A DNA stretch of 64,000 nucleotides from Squalus acanthias (lineage: Eukaryota): assembly GCA_030390025.1 (NCBI GenBank), contig CM059438.1, forward strand, positions 60,080,001-60,144,000, read 5' to 3'. Below are positions 26,201-38,561 of the stretch, one piece after another (within the stretch, counting starts at the first letter, position 1; each line of letters starts with the position of its first letter). The position numbers and the translations under genes are program-made. The notes beneath the pieces were generated by a model. It worked only from the letters and a program-made list of their open reading frames with translations. It was not told the origin of the DNA and made no database searches.

Positions 26201-27250
26201 AATCTGTCTTGGAGTATCTCTTGTGGGGATTTGAGTGGAAAGTGAATTGCCTCTCTTTAGAGTGTAGGAACTGCCAGACATCACCAGACTTGAGTCACCA
26301 CTGTGCACTTGGATGGTTCTGGCTGCTTGTCCTGCTGCCCTGTGTCAGCTTAGAGTTTGTGCCATTGGGGGTGGAAGGCACTGTTTGGGTCCCCACCCAC
26401 ATCGCTGTACCTTCCATAGGTAGGGTGAGTGTGGGGGACATTAATGTAGGAGCAGTCCTCATTCAGGGCAGAGACATTGAGCATTGTTATGGGTTCTCCT
26501 GCTATACAATCTTTTACTAGAATGGAGTGCCTGTCCTCTCCATCGATGGTTGCTTCTAGAGTAAAGGGAAGGTTTTTGTTGATTGGTATGGACACCTCTC
26601 CGTTGCTCTTGGTTAAGTAAGAGGCAGCGACATTTGTCCACCCAGTCTTTTGTAGGTTTGGTATGCTCTGAAGGGGTGAGATAGGTCTCCTGTAGGGATG
26701 CCAAATCTGCCCATTCTGCCTTTAGGTAGGTTGGAATTTTCCCTGTACCTGTTTGGGGTGATTGAGCCCATTGACATTCAACAATATCACTTTGAGATGG
26801 GCAGGTTGGTATCTTGTACCTGAAGGGGTTGTATTGTGTTCAGATGAGTGGTAGGCTTACCTTCTGAACTTGTGGTCACTGAATTGGGACGTTGGCTAGT
26901 TCTTCTGGTTTCCCTTTTATTTCTGTGTCCAGCAGGGGTAGTGCTCCCGGGACTCGCACAGTGCCTTCATTCCTCAGCACCGTGTCCTTTATAGATTTCT
27001 TCAATTCCCTCCTTACGCACCTGTGTTCCTTTCCCCAGGGTTCTTGTTTGTGCCCTGTGGGATGATTCCCTTTTTGAGTGCTCGGCAGTATAGGTACGGG
27101 CTAACGCTCAACCACTCCTCTTGTGTCCGGATCTGCTCGGCCAGCTGGCTACAGGGTTGCATGAGTTTTGGTTCACCAGGACAAATGCTGTGGGCTAGTA
27201 AGCCCCCCAAGCATCAGTTCACGTGTGTTTTGAGAGTTCAATATCCTCTT
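23230..27250 (-). mobile_element. Degraded L1/Tx1-clade LINE
   Basis: EN-like LQETYL...DWV; RT-like LDAERAFHWVEWKFL and GAKQGCP. Many stops; CR1 tail inserted at about 25140-25370. Boundaries approximate. Confidence 0.7.
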
Positions 27251-27384
27251 CCCTAATTCAGTGTGTAACATATGCCTTTCCTCACAGAATCACGTTGTGT
27301 ACAGATTTGTCTGTAATAAGTCAAATTGCACTCGTAAGTAAATACACTTGCATGTGCAATTTGACTTAAAAGTGACCACTGGAA

Positions 27385-28409
27385 GGGGTCGATTTTGACT
27401 GCCCCTCGTCTGGCATTAACGGGGCGGTAACCGTCTCAAAATGGGGACAAACACCGGTGATGCAGCCGGCGCCATTTATTAAAGAGGCCTACCGTCATGT
27501 GTCCAAAGCATCAGCCTGTTTCAGGCGATAGGCCCCTTTTAGACTTGACTATTCCAATGCACTCCTGGCTGGCCTTCCATCTCCCACCCTCCATACACTT
27601 AAGCTCATCCAAAACTCTGCTGCCTGTATCCTAACTCGCACCCAATCCCATTCAGCCATCACCTGTGTTCACTGACCTATTTTGGCTCCCGGTTAAGCTA
27701 CACCTTGATTTTTAAAATTCTCATCCTTGTTTTCATCCTTCCATGGCCTCACCCCTCCCTATCTCTGTAACCTGCTCCAGCCCTACAATCCTCCGAGATA
27801 TCTGTGCTCTTCCAATTCTGGCCTCTTGTGCATCCCCGATTTTAATCACTCCACCATTGGCTGCCGTGCCTTCCGCTGCCAAGGTGCTTATCTCTGGAAT
27901 TCCCTCCCTAACCCTCTCCACCTCTCTACCTCTCTTCCTTTAAGACACTCTTTAAAACCTACTTCTTTGACAAATCTGCCCTCATATCTCCTTTATGTGG
28001 CTTGATAGCAAACAAAATTTGACAACGCTCCTGTGAAGTGCCTTGGGCCGTTTTACTGCGTTAAAGGCGCTATATAAATACAAGTTGCTGTTGTTTAATA
28101 TGGAAATTCGGGGTCCTATGACGTAAAAAAGACCCCGATTTCCATTTTAGGTCGGAGTAGTTTGGTGCCTGCCCAGTACACACTCCGACCAGTTCCACGG
28201 CGATGGAAGCGAAGAGGCCCAGCCAAAGGTAAGTCTTGAATTATTTTTGTGGGCCCCAGAGCCCGATTTCCAGTCTTCAATCCGACGAGCTGTGTCGGGA
28301 AGCCTGTTTGGTGCCCTGTAGCTCACCTGGTGAGTTTAAATGAGGCCAAAGCCTCAAAAACACAGGGCGGGGCCACTTAGTCGGCCGGCCAAAGGTCAAA
28401 ATCTACCCC
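27385..28409. mobile_element. Non-autonomous Harbinger-type element (MITE) carrying an L2 insertion
   Basis: TIRs ggggtcgattttgac (27385-27399) and gtcaaaatctacccc (28395-28409), 14/15 match; TSD not clean. Confidence 0.6.
27540..28095 (+). mobile_element. L2 LINE 3' fragment
   Basis: LDYSNALLAG...QNSAA...WNSLP motifs and the L2 tail gcgctatataaatacaagttg. Confidence 0.8.
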
Positions 28410-28719
28410 AGACAGTTTACAGCAACAGGCTGCTTGTGGAGTGAGTTCCTCTGGTCGGTTTTTCTGTTACCAGGGTGTGACATCTTTCCGGATGCTGTGT
28501 TGCTCCTACCAGTGGTGGGATATCTTGCTTCGTTAAGCAAGGGTATTAAAGGTTACGAAACCAAGGTGGGTAAATAGAGTTAAGATGCAGATCAGCCATG
28601 ATCTAATTGAATGGCGGAGCAGGCTCGAGGGACTGTTGCTTTGTTCCTATGGTTGGCTAAGTTGACAAAATTGAGAGGTCGCACAACACCAGGTTATAGT
28701 CCAACAGTTTTATTTGAAA

Positions 28720-28761
28720 TCACAAGCTTTCGGAGCTATCGATTGCCCCTTCCTCAGGTGA
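28720..28761 (-). ncRNA. Minimal type I hammerhead ribozyme motif (Penelope pLTR)
   Basis: Reverse complement of 29152-29193. Confidence 0.7.
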
Positions 28762-29151
28762 AGTAAATAGATACAGAATCGCCAAAGCATATATAGATAG
28801 AGAACAAAGCATGTGTACCTTACAATTGCAGACAACTAAATTAAATCATCCTATCTGCCGAGGTGTGATAAAGTTAATCAGGTCAGCCAGGAAGGTACCA
28901 CATCAAAGACATAGTAAGATACAACTGAGACAATGAGGTGGAGTCGCAGGGGGTCTAACGTGTCAAAAGCTGCCGTCTGTATGTAAAACAAAAAGCTTTA
29001 AAATTTTTACTTTTTTACTGGGAAAATTTTTACTTTTTTACTGGGAATCACATCTGTGAACAAGCCAACGACGACTCGAGTCCGGATCACGTCATGTATC
29101 GTGACATGATATATATCTATATATACTTTGGCGATTCTGTATCTATTTACT

Positions 29152-29193
29152 TCACCTGAGGAAGGGGCAATCGATAGCTCCGAAAGCTTGTGA
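29152..29193 (+). ncRNA. Minimal type I hammerhead ribozyme motif (Penelope pLTR)
   Basis: tcac-CTGAGGA-a-ggggc(aatcgata)gctcc-GAAA-gctt-gtga: core boxes, stem I, stem II and a palindromic AAGCTT stem III. Confidence 0.72.
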
Positions 29194-29369
29194 TTTCAAA
29201 TAAAACTGTTGGACTATAACCTGGTGTTGTGCGACCTCTCAATTTTGTCCACCCCAGTCCAACACCGGCATCTCCGCATCATGGCTAAGTTGAGGCAGCA
29301 TCATGGAGTAGTATACACCACATTGGCGGGGAGTGGGTGGAGGAAGAGTCCAGTTGGTGCCAGACACGC

Positions 29370-32300
29370 CGGGGGCGATTTTGTATCTGCTGTAGATTGG
29401 GCAGGTGGAGAGAGCTCTCCACCCAACCCAATGGAGTCAGCGGCGGGGGGGATGTGTCATTTCCATGGCCAGGTGTAGTTTAAATGCAATCGGTGAGCTA
29501 CCAGTGCTAATTGTACTTCCTATTGCTTACCGATTTGGAAGGTTGGGCAGTCCACTGAGGCAGCCGCTACTTAAAGGTGACCTGCAGCTTTCTAGAGGGG
29601 GAGGCGCACTGTTCCATGGTGGATAATAGACAGAAATTTTCTGAAGCAGCAGGCAACATGACTTCAACCAGGGCCCCCAGATTCTCGGATGCAGCGGAAA
29701 TGCTCATAGATCAAGTCAGCAGCAGGAAGGAGGTCCTCTTCCCTTCTGATGGGCGACGGATGCCCAGACACATTTCTCAGCAGCAGAGGTGGCGGATCAT
29801 GTGAATGCCGCAAACGTTGTCCCCGGGACTTGGATCCGGTGCAGAAAAAAATGTCATGACCTCACTAGGGCTGCCAAGGTAAGACATCTCCCTTACTGTC
29901 TACTTGTTCCATCCCCTGCTTCCCATGAATCTCATCCAATCAGAACAAGGCGCTTCACTGCACCACCTCCTGCTTGCACCCGCTCCCTCAAAATCTGCTC
30001 TTGTTTTCAACTACTCCCCCCTCTTGGCCTTACTTGCTGCTGATTCCTGCCATGTTTCACACTATGCTAAGTTGTCGCGTGCATCTTGAAAACCCTTCAA
30101 CAGGGCACAGACTAAACCCACTTCCCCATCTCTTGCGGGAGAAGCTGGTAGACAACAGGAGGAGGTCCTGCCTCTATACAGACACTGATACTAATGGAAG
30201 AGGCCAGTATCTACATCATGGGCAGAGAAGAGGGCAAGCAGCATTGGAGATGGCCAAGCTGGAGCTCAGGCACAGCTGGGTGTTTGGACATCTTCCTTCC
30301 CTTACTTAACTCTCTCACTCATACACTCCGCACTACTACTGCTTTCCCCTGCCATTATGTGCTATCCCTTTGGCCCTCTGCCCTTTTTCTAGGTCAATTC
30401 AAACTTGGGACTTGCAGCTATGCAGACTGAGGGGGGAGAACTCTCCTGAAGATGCACTGTCACTCGACCTTGCCCTTGCAGGCACCGGCAACAGAAATCA
30501 GCACCCCAGGTGGTATGAAAAGTAAGCCAGGGGGGTCTGCACCGGCTGATTAACCGAGCGCAAGGGAGCAGACACAGGTGCAGTGGGAAGTTCAGCCTGG
30601 GGAGCAGATCACTGGCAGCGGGGTTGGGGTGGGTGCATTCTTGTGTCCTAGCTCTGCTAAACAGAGATACAGAACTTAGGTCCAGCCTTTAAAAGACAGA
30701 TGCTTTTTGAATGCATTGGACTGTTGCCAGGGAGCCTCCGTTACATGTATGTGTGCAAGAGTCCGCTACCAACTTGTGTGGGATTCTGGCGCATGGTATC
30801 GGCACCCTGCAATCAACCACGGGGCGTGTGGTCACCTCAATGGACACTGCCGCTGGGCCCTCCCTACAGGAATCTCTGGCGCCAGTAATGGCATCTCTCT
30901 GGGAATCCTTATTCTGGGGCTGTGCAGGCTCTGGGTCAGCTGTCTCCTCTGCCTTGGACAGGCCAGGAGAGCAAATGGATAGGGACTTCAGTCAGGTCAC
31001 GAACCTCCTGCAGATTAGTAGGAGTGCTGAGCCGCAGCCTGAGAGCAGGGGGCAGTCGTGCAAAGGCCATGGAACATGTTGCCAACCCTCAGGATGACTG
31101 CACATCTGGACTCTTGCAACTCCCTTAACCAATGCCCACCCTGGTGCCAGAAAGCCAGCTGGGCTGGGCCAGACTGCCCTGGCAGATGCCCAAGTTGCTG
31201 CAGCCGGGCCCTCCCGGACCCGAGATTCCAGGGATTGCCAACCACAAGCCCCCTCGAACACTTCTGAGCCACAGTAATTTTCCCCCTGCGATGCTGAAAA
31301 CATTGGGGGAGCACCTTGGCGAGCTTCTTGCACTTCACACTATCTAAAGTTCAGCAGCTCGGAGAAATTAGGCCATAGTAAGTGCCTCAAGAGTCTCCTG
31401 TTGTGAGACTCAAGTTAAAACTTAATTCAGGGCAGAACACAATGGACAAATTCCCAATAATGCAGCAGGGTGCACTGTGCACCTCCTGGCATTCATCTGG
31501 AACTGTTTCTGCACTCTCAGCCTATATGTATTCCGCCCAAAATAAGCCACCTACCTCATGTAGCTGCCTGACACGGGGACTTGTGATTGTAGCCACTGCG
31601 GATTGTATATCACTGGATATCATCATGGAAATTGTAACCTCTCACTGTATTCTGGTTACAGCGACAATGGCCTATGGCAAAAGAGAAGACATGCACAGGA
31701 GCAATGATCTCTGCATGAGGAGGAAGCCTTGCAAGTTCTGAGGAGGGAGACCATACTGGAGATGGCAAAGTAGGAGCACTGCGCCCAGCTGATGGTTTGG
31801 GGGAAGCTTCCCTTGCTGTTTCTTTTCATCCTATGAATCTCTCAATGAATCACTTGCTGCAAACTATATAATGAAGCATTCTGCCATGTCGGTCTTCCTA
31901 CCGTAACCGATATGTGAAGGCTGCTCAAGGGCAGCACCGTACTTGCCTTTGTTTGTAGAGGTTTTCCCAGCCAGCACCCACTGTACCTGGCCACAACTGC
32001 TTTTCCAGCACACAAACTGTCCCTCGCAACCACCAGCTCCGATACATCCACCGTAGATGAGCAAGAGGGGAGTGCACTGGGCGAGACACTGAGCACGAGT
32101 GAGCAGGAGCTGGTGGTGGTGGCGGCAGCAGCGGGTCAGATGGTGCCGGTTGTCCGCAGGGCCAGCTCTCATTCTGCCTGAGCTGATGAGTTTGAAGGTG
32201 TGGACCTCACAGCCCTGTGTGTTTAAAAAAAAAAAACACGCCCCGCCCCGCCCCACTCCCTGCCCCAGGCCGGCGTGCCAGATGGCCATCCAGTATTGCT
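29370..32300 (+). mobile_element. Degraded Harbinger element (Myb/SANT gene remnant)
   Basis: RAPRFSDAAEMLIDQVSSRKEVLFPSDGRR...WIRCRKKCHDLTRAAK followed by a gtaaga donor (29657-29880); TIR-like gggggcgattttg at about 29371. Right boundary uncertain. Confidence 0.6.
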
Positions 32301-32609
32301 AAGTGATAACTGAAAGGCAGAAGTGTGTTTAAAGTGCCCGGCTGCTATTACAGTCGGAATTCTTGGCTGATTTGGTTTTTCCACTGCTTCACCATCTGTT
32401 TTCGTGCCTCTGCTGTGGGGCGCCCATTTTTTACGTCCCCCTCAATAATCTAAAGAGCCCACAATGAGTTTCCCATTGGGAATTTGGCTTTTTTTGGGCG
32501 GGGGTTGAAGCAACGGAGGGAAATCAGGTTGATCCAGCACTACAGGAGCTGTATAACACTTGCTCTCTCGTGCTCCCACTGCAAAATAGAAGGAAAGACT
32601 TGCATTTCT

Positions 32610-35600
32610 CTTCTTAGGCAGTCCCTCGGAACCGAGGATGACTTGCTTCCACACTAAAAATGAGTTCTCAGGTGACTGAGTAGTCCAATGCGGGACCTAC
32701 AGTCTCTGTCACAGGTGGGGCAGACGGTGGTTGAAGGGGCGGGTGGGTGGGGTGCTTGGGTTGGCGTGCGCTCCTTCCGCTATTTGCGCTTGGCTTCCGC
32801 TTGCTCCCGGCGAAGTGACTCGAGGTGTTCGGTGCCTTCCCGGATGCTTCTCCTCCACATTGTGCGGTCTTGGGCCAGGGATTCCCAGGTGTCGGTGGGG
32901 ATGTTGCACTTTTTCAAGGAGGCTTTGAGGGTGTCCTTGAAGTGTTTCCTCTGCCCACCTGGGGCTCTCTTGTCGTCTCGGAGCTCTGAGTAGAGTGCTT
33001 GTTTTGGGAGTCTCGTATTGGCATGCGGACGATGTGGCCTGTCCATTGGAGCTGATCGAGCGTGGTCAAAGCTTCAATGCTGGGGATGTTGGCCTGAGCG
33101 AGAGCACTGACGTTGGTGTGCCTATCCTGCCAATGGATTGGCAGGATCTTGTGGAGGCAGCGTTGGTGGTACCTCTCCAGTGCTTTGTGGTGCTTGCTGT
33201 ACATGGTCCATGTCTCTGAAGCATAAAGGAGGGCGGGTATCACTACTGCTCTGTAGACCATGAGCTTGGTGCTGGGTTTGAGGTCCTGGTCTTCAAACAC
33301 TCTCTTCCTCAGGCGACCGAAGGCTGCACTGGCACACTGAAGGCGGTGTTGGACTTTGTCATCGACGTCTGCCCTTGTTGACAGTAGGCTCCCGAGGTAT
33401 GGAAAGTGGTCCACGTTGTCCAAGGCCTCGTCATGGATTTTGATAATCGGGGAGCAGTACTGTGTGGTGGGGGCAGGTTGGTAAAGGACCTTTGTCTTAC
33501 GGATGTTTAGTGTAAGGCCCATGCACTCGTACGCTTCGGTGAAGGTGTTGACGATGGTTTGGAGTTTGGCCTCAGAGTGTGCGCAGACGCAAGCGTCGTC
33601 TGCATACTGTAATTCGACGACAGAGGATGGGACGACCTTGGATCTGGACTGGAGGTGACGGAGGTTGAACAGTTTCCCGTTTGTTCTGTAGATTAGCTCC
33701 ACTCCAGCGGGGAGCTTATTGAGGGCGAGATGGAGCATTGCAGCCAGGAAGATCGAGAAGCGCGTTGGTGCGATGACACAGCCTTGCTTGACCTCGGTCC
33801 GTATGTGAATTGGGTCTGTGGTGGATCCGTTGGTCAGGATCACGGCTTGCATGTCGTTGTGAAGCAGGCGGAGGATGGTGACAAACTTTTGAGTGCAGCC
33901 GAATTTGAGGAGGACACTCCATAATCCCTCACGGTTGACGGTGTCGAAGGCCTTTGTGAGGTCAAAGAAGGCCATGTACAGCGGTTGGTGCTGTTCCCTG
34001 CATTTCTCTTGTAGTTGACGCGCGGTGAAGATCATGTCCATTGTGCCCCTTAGTGGAAGGAGCTGTTCAGCCACTGGGAGAAGGCGATTGAGGAGGATTC
34101 TTGCGATGACGTTCCCTGTGGCAGACAGCAGGGAGACTCCTCTGTAATTATCACAATCGGACTTGTCACCTTTCTTGAAGATGGTCACGATTACGGCGTC
34201 TCTGAGATCCCCTGACATGCTCTCCTTCCAAATAAGAGAAATTAGTTCATGTATTCGCACCAATAGTGCTTCTCCGCCATGTTTTAGCGCCTCGGCGGGG
34301 ATTCCATCTGCTCCTGAGGCCTTGTTGTTCTTCAGTTGTCAGATGGCCTTTTCAACCTCACGCCGGGCTAGGGTTGTGCTGAGGTGGTGGCGGGTAGCAT
34401 GCTGCGGGATGGAGTTGAGGACACTCGCGTCGAGGACAGAGTCTTGGTTAAGGAGATCTTCAAAGTGCTCCTTCCAGCGGGCACTGACTGCCTCTCTGTC
34501 CTTGATGAGTACCTCTCCGTTCTTGGCCCGCAGTGGGGTAGGACCTTGGGTGCTTAGGCCGTAGGTGGTCTTGACTGCGCTAAAGAATCCACGCACATCG
34601 TGGTTGTTGGCTAGCTGCTGGATCTCCTGCACTTTCTCCACCCACCATCTGTTCTTTCGGTCGTGAGTTTTTTGTTGGACCTCGGCCTTCAGGCGTCTGT
34701 GGAGCTGCTTTCTTGCTCTCGAGTTCTGTTGCTGTTTACAGATCAGGAATGCCTTGCGCTTGCGGCTTATTAGCTCCTGGATCTCCTGGTTGTTCTCGTC
34801 GAACCAGTCTTGGTGTTTCCTGGTCGAGTGACCGAGCGTCTCTTCACAGGTGCTGATTATGGAGGCCTTGAGTGCAGACCAGGCGCTGTGGACACTCTGT
34901 GGGCTGGATTTTCAATGACCCGTGGAGTCGGGTTTGGAGGCGTGTGAGGGGTTAAAGTTGCAGATTCGGGGGTCCCGACTCCATTCCGCCTCCACGCAAT
35001 TTTGACAAAATCGGTTGCGGGGTTCCCGACTCCGTCCCGCCTCCAAGAGGCGGGAGAGGCCATTAAAGCCCTTAACAAGCCCTAAATTGGCTCTGTAATG
35101 CCATTTTTAAACGTTTTAGCTAGTTTAACCCTTTTCCGACGTGAAGTACGCCTGATGTGAAACACGCCAGTGAAACCTGGCGGGAGCACAAGTGGATAGC
35201 TGACTATCAGCTGCAGGTCCACTATTACAACGGAGATGTGATGAAGGTAGTAGTAGTATTAGGTCTGAAAGTTGCCGCCTCTGATGCTGCTGCATTGAAT
35301 GTCTTCAGAGACTGCCTGGGAGGACTTGGTTGCAAAAAAAATTGTCTGTGTCTCTGTCTTCCTCAGATGCTGCTCATTTTGCATCCAGGTCCTCTCACAG
35401 CAAAGGCCAGGCAATCTCTGAGACCAGGCAGTCAGTCTCTGACCTGCAATGATGACATCATCAGAGACGACTTTGACACTAATTGGTTCATGGGTTCCCA
35501 CATGCTGGAACTCAATTACCCAATTAAGTGAAAATTGCATCATTCATCCACATTAATCTGGAGTCGGGGGGGCAACACGAAATGCGGGTAACACGACCCC

Positions 35601-35728
35601 AACCCGACCCCAAGACAAAATCCAGCCCTGTGTCTCTGAATCACTGGGAGTCGTCAGGTTGGTTGTGAGGCGCAGGCTGAATACGGCTTTCTTAGCAGGG
35701 TGTCTTTGCGTGCTCCAGTGTTGACTTT
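32610..35728 (-). mobile_element. RTE-clade (BovB-like) LINE, 5'-truncated, interrupted by a MITE
   Basis: ORF 32914-34263 (NYRGVSLLS, DLTKAFDTVNR, QGCVIAP, LQYADD, FPYLGS). 11-bp TSD cttgcatttct at 32599-32609 and 35729-35739, within a SINE tail. Confidence 0.92.
34901..35628. mobile_element. Harbinger/Tourist-type MITE, copy 1
   Basis: Perfect 12-bp TIR gggctggatttt/aaaatccagccc; 3-bp TSD tgt (34898-34900 and 35629-35631). RTE sequence continues on both sides. Confidence 0.9.
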
Positions 35729-36125
35729 CTTGCATTTCTACAGTGCCTTTCACCACCTCTGGACGTCCCAGAGCTTCACAGCTAATGAAGCACTTTTGAA
35801 GTGTAGTCACTGTTGTAATGCAGGAAACACGGTGGCTAATTTGCACACAGTAAACTCCCACAAACTGCATTGTGATAATCTGTTTGTGATGTTGGTTGAG
35901 GGATGAATATTGCCCAGGACACCGGGGACAATTCCTCTGCTATTCCTTGAATAGTGCCATGGGATGTGTTGCGTCCATCTGAGGGGGCAGACAGGGCCTC
36001 AGTTTAACGCCTATCCGAAAGACTCCACTGGAGTGTCAGCCTCGATTTTCAGCTCTAGTCTCTGGGGTGGGGCTTGAACCCACAACCGTCTGACTCAGGC
36101 GAGAGTGCTACCTACTGAACCAAGC
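35729..36125 (-). mobile_element. SacSINE1-like Deu-domain SINE
   Basis: tRNA head with B-box (ggttcaagccc on the minus strand), shared body and an L2-like tail. Confidence 0.8.
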
Positions 36126-37122
36126 CGCTCCTACAGCTGCCCCAGGAACTGTGCTCGCAATGGCTGTGCTTAACAAGGGATGTCATCTTTGACTAGTGCC
36201 ACATGCTGCAATCTGACTGGTGGCCCACCTCCCCCACAGCCCAGTGGCTGTGAAGATCACGACTGTTCCTAAATCTTTTTGCACTGGGGATATTGGGCTA
36301 TCAGTCAATCTAAAACTAGATAATCAAGTTGTCGTATAGTTCGTTCCACTTTTTTGCCCTTTGTGCAATACTTTTATATTTGTGTTATATTTCATTTGCT
36401 ATTTCTTTGCCCAGCTGTGTAACTAATCTAAATTCCTCTCCAAGTAGTTAACAACGAATGGAATCGAATTGGCACAGGGAGACTTGCTGAGGGACCTGGG
36501 GAGAAAAAGTAGACTCCTCACTTTCATTGTCTAGACAATGTGGCAAAGCAATTTTAAAAGATAATAGAATGCTGGGGTGTGCTGCCAGAACAAAGGTTAT
36601 ATTATGGTTTCCTGCTGCACTGTTCAGACCACACTTCCAGTAACGTGTTTGATGTTAGTCAGATGGTAAAAAAAATGATGTGTGTATAATGGAGGGGGGA
36701 ATGCAGAAAAGAGCAAGAATAATCATTCCAAATGTAAAGAGGGTGAGTTGAGAAAGATTAGAGGAGCTCAGCTCTAGAGTCTAGAGAGAAAGCTAAGGGC
36801 AACCTCGTCAAGGGATATAAAATATCAAATGATTTTTTAAAAAAAAAGCCCGCAATGTTACTTCACAGCAAGGAGAACCAGAGGACACTAATTAGTGAAA
36901 AGTTGATTTAAGCAGGTATTGGAAAGTTGTTTCCTGAAAGGGTGATGAACATTCTGCTACGCCAGATATTGGAGACCATGACATGACTGGTGTTCAGAAT
37001 GCTAGCTGCAGGACTTAGAGTGCTGAAGGGAAGTGAGCTTGTTGGGCCAAATGGTCTTTCATCGACCTTGACTGTTCTTGTGCCTTCTAGTAAAATATTT
37101 TATTTGGCATCCTTTGTTCTAG

Positions 37123-38186
37123 GGCGTAGCGGTGCCTCTAACAACTGGGCCAAAGGTCACTACACTGAAGGAGCTGAATTGGCTGACTCTGTTATGGATG
37201 TGGTGAGGAAGGAGGCTGAGGGATGTGACTGCATACAGGGATTTCAGATCACTCATTCACTGGGTGGTGGTACTGGTGCTGGCATGGGCACACTCATCCT
37301 TAACAAGATCCGTGAAGAATACCCCGACAGAATGATGCTATCTTTCAGTATTATTCCTTCACCCAAAGTATCGGACACTGTAGTAGAGCCTTATAACGCC
37401 ACTCTGTCTATTCACCAGCTTATAGAGGACACAGATGAGACCTTCTGTATTGATAACGAGGCTCTGCACGACATCTGTTTCCGAACCCTCAAACTGACAT
37501 CTCCCAGTTATGGTGACCTGAACCACCTGATATCAGCCACCATGAGTGGTGTGACGACCTGTCTACGTTTCCCTGGTCAGCTCAATGCTGACCTGCGTAA
37601 ACTAGCAGTGAACATGGTCCCCTTCCCCCGCCTGCACTTTTTCGTGCCTGGCTTTGCTCCTCTGACCAGCCGCGGTTCCCAGCCGTACCGCGCCCTCACT
37701 GTACCCGAGCTCACAAAGCAGATATTTGACGCCAAGAATATGATGGCCGCCTGTGACCCTCGACATGGCCGCTACCTGACCGTTGCTGCTGTCTTCCGGG
37801 GCCGCATGTCCATGAAAGAGGTGGATGAACAGATGTTGAACGTACAGAACAAAAATAGCACCTATTTTGTGGAGTGGATCCCCAACAACGTCAAGACTGC
37901 TGTCTGTGACATCCCACCGCGAGGCCTCAGAATGGCAGCCACCTTCATTGGCAACACTACGGCCATCCAGGAGCTGTTCAAACGCATTGGTGAGCAGTTT
38001 GCTGCCATGTTCCGCAGGAAAGCCTTCTTGCACTGGTACACAGGTGAGGGTATGGATGAGATCGAGTTCAGTGATGCTGAGGCTGACATGCTTGACCTGA
38101 TAGCTGAGTACCAGCATTACCAGGAAGCTAAAGTTCACGATACGGTTGAATATTCCGTCGATGAAGATGAAGATCAGGAGTCCTGA
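37123..38186 (+). CDS. TUBB: Beta-tubulin exon 4 (divergent isotype, possibly class VI/TUBB1-like)
   Basis: ttctag acceptor in phase with exon 3. [38 protein letters not shown], and an acidic tail ...[12 protein letters not shown]. No internal stop; ATTAAA at 38307-38312. Confidence 0.97.
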
Positions 38187-38561
38187 ACACCATTTGCTGT
38201 GGGCTCCCGATTCGTTACAGGGAAGACCCATCTCTCTAATCGGGTCCCTTTTCCTCTCTTTCCTGCACTGTTCACGTGATGTCACCTCAATAGTGAATGG
38301 GCTTCAATTAAAATCGCCTGACAGAACTTGGGGTATTGACTTGTTAAGATTGGAATCGATGTGTGTAGTTGTAACTTATTAACTGTACAGGCAGGAGAAG
38401 CCCCATGATCCATATTGGCCACCTATCCCACAGCACTCCATTGGTGCATTTCTAATATCCCTGAATCCCAGTTAATGCTCTGAAAAAGGGGGTGAGTACT
38501 TTCCATCATAGTAAGAGATTCTCCTCCTAGTATTGTGTCCGAAAATATCCACCTGGGCTAA

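Larger units (their letters stand above)
28666..29281. mobile_element. Penelope-like element remnant with inverted pseudo-LTRs
   Basis: Near-perfect inverted arms of about 135 bp (28664-28798 and 29114-29249), each holding a hammerhead core. Flanking direct repeat tggctaagttga (28654-28665 and 29282-29293). Confidence 0.8.

Noticed and set aside
36990..37122. N-terminal extension of the 398-aa tubulin ORF
   Set aside because: Intronic read-through of a CR1 remnant and polypyrimidine tract; the real exon starts at the acceptor at 37123.
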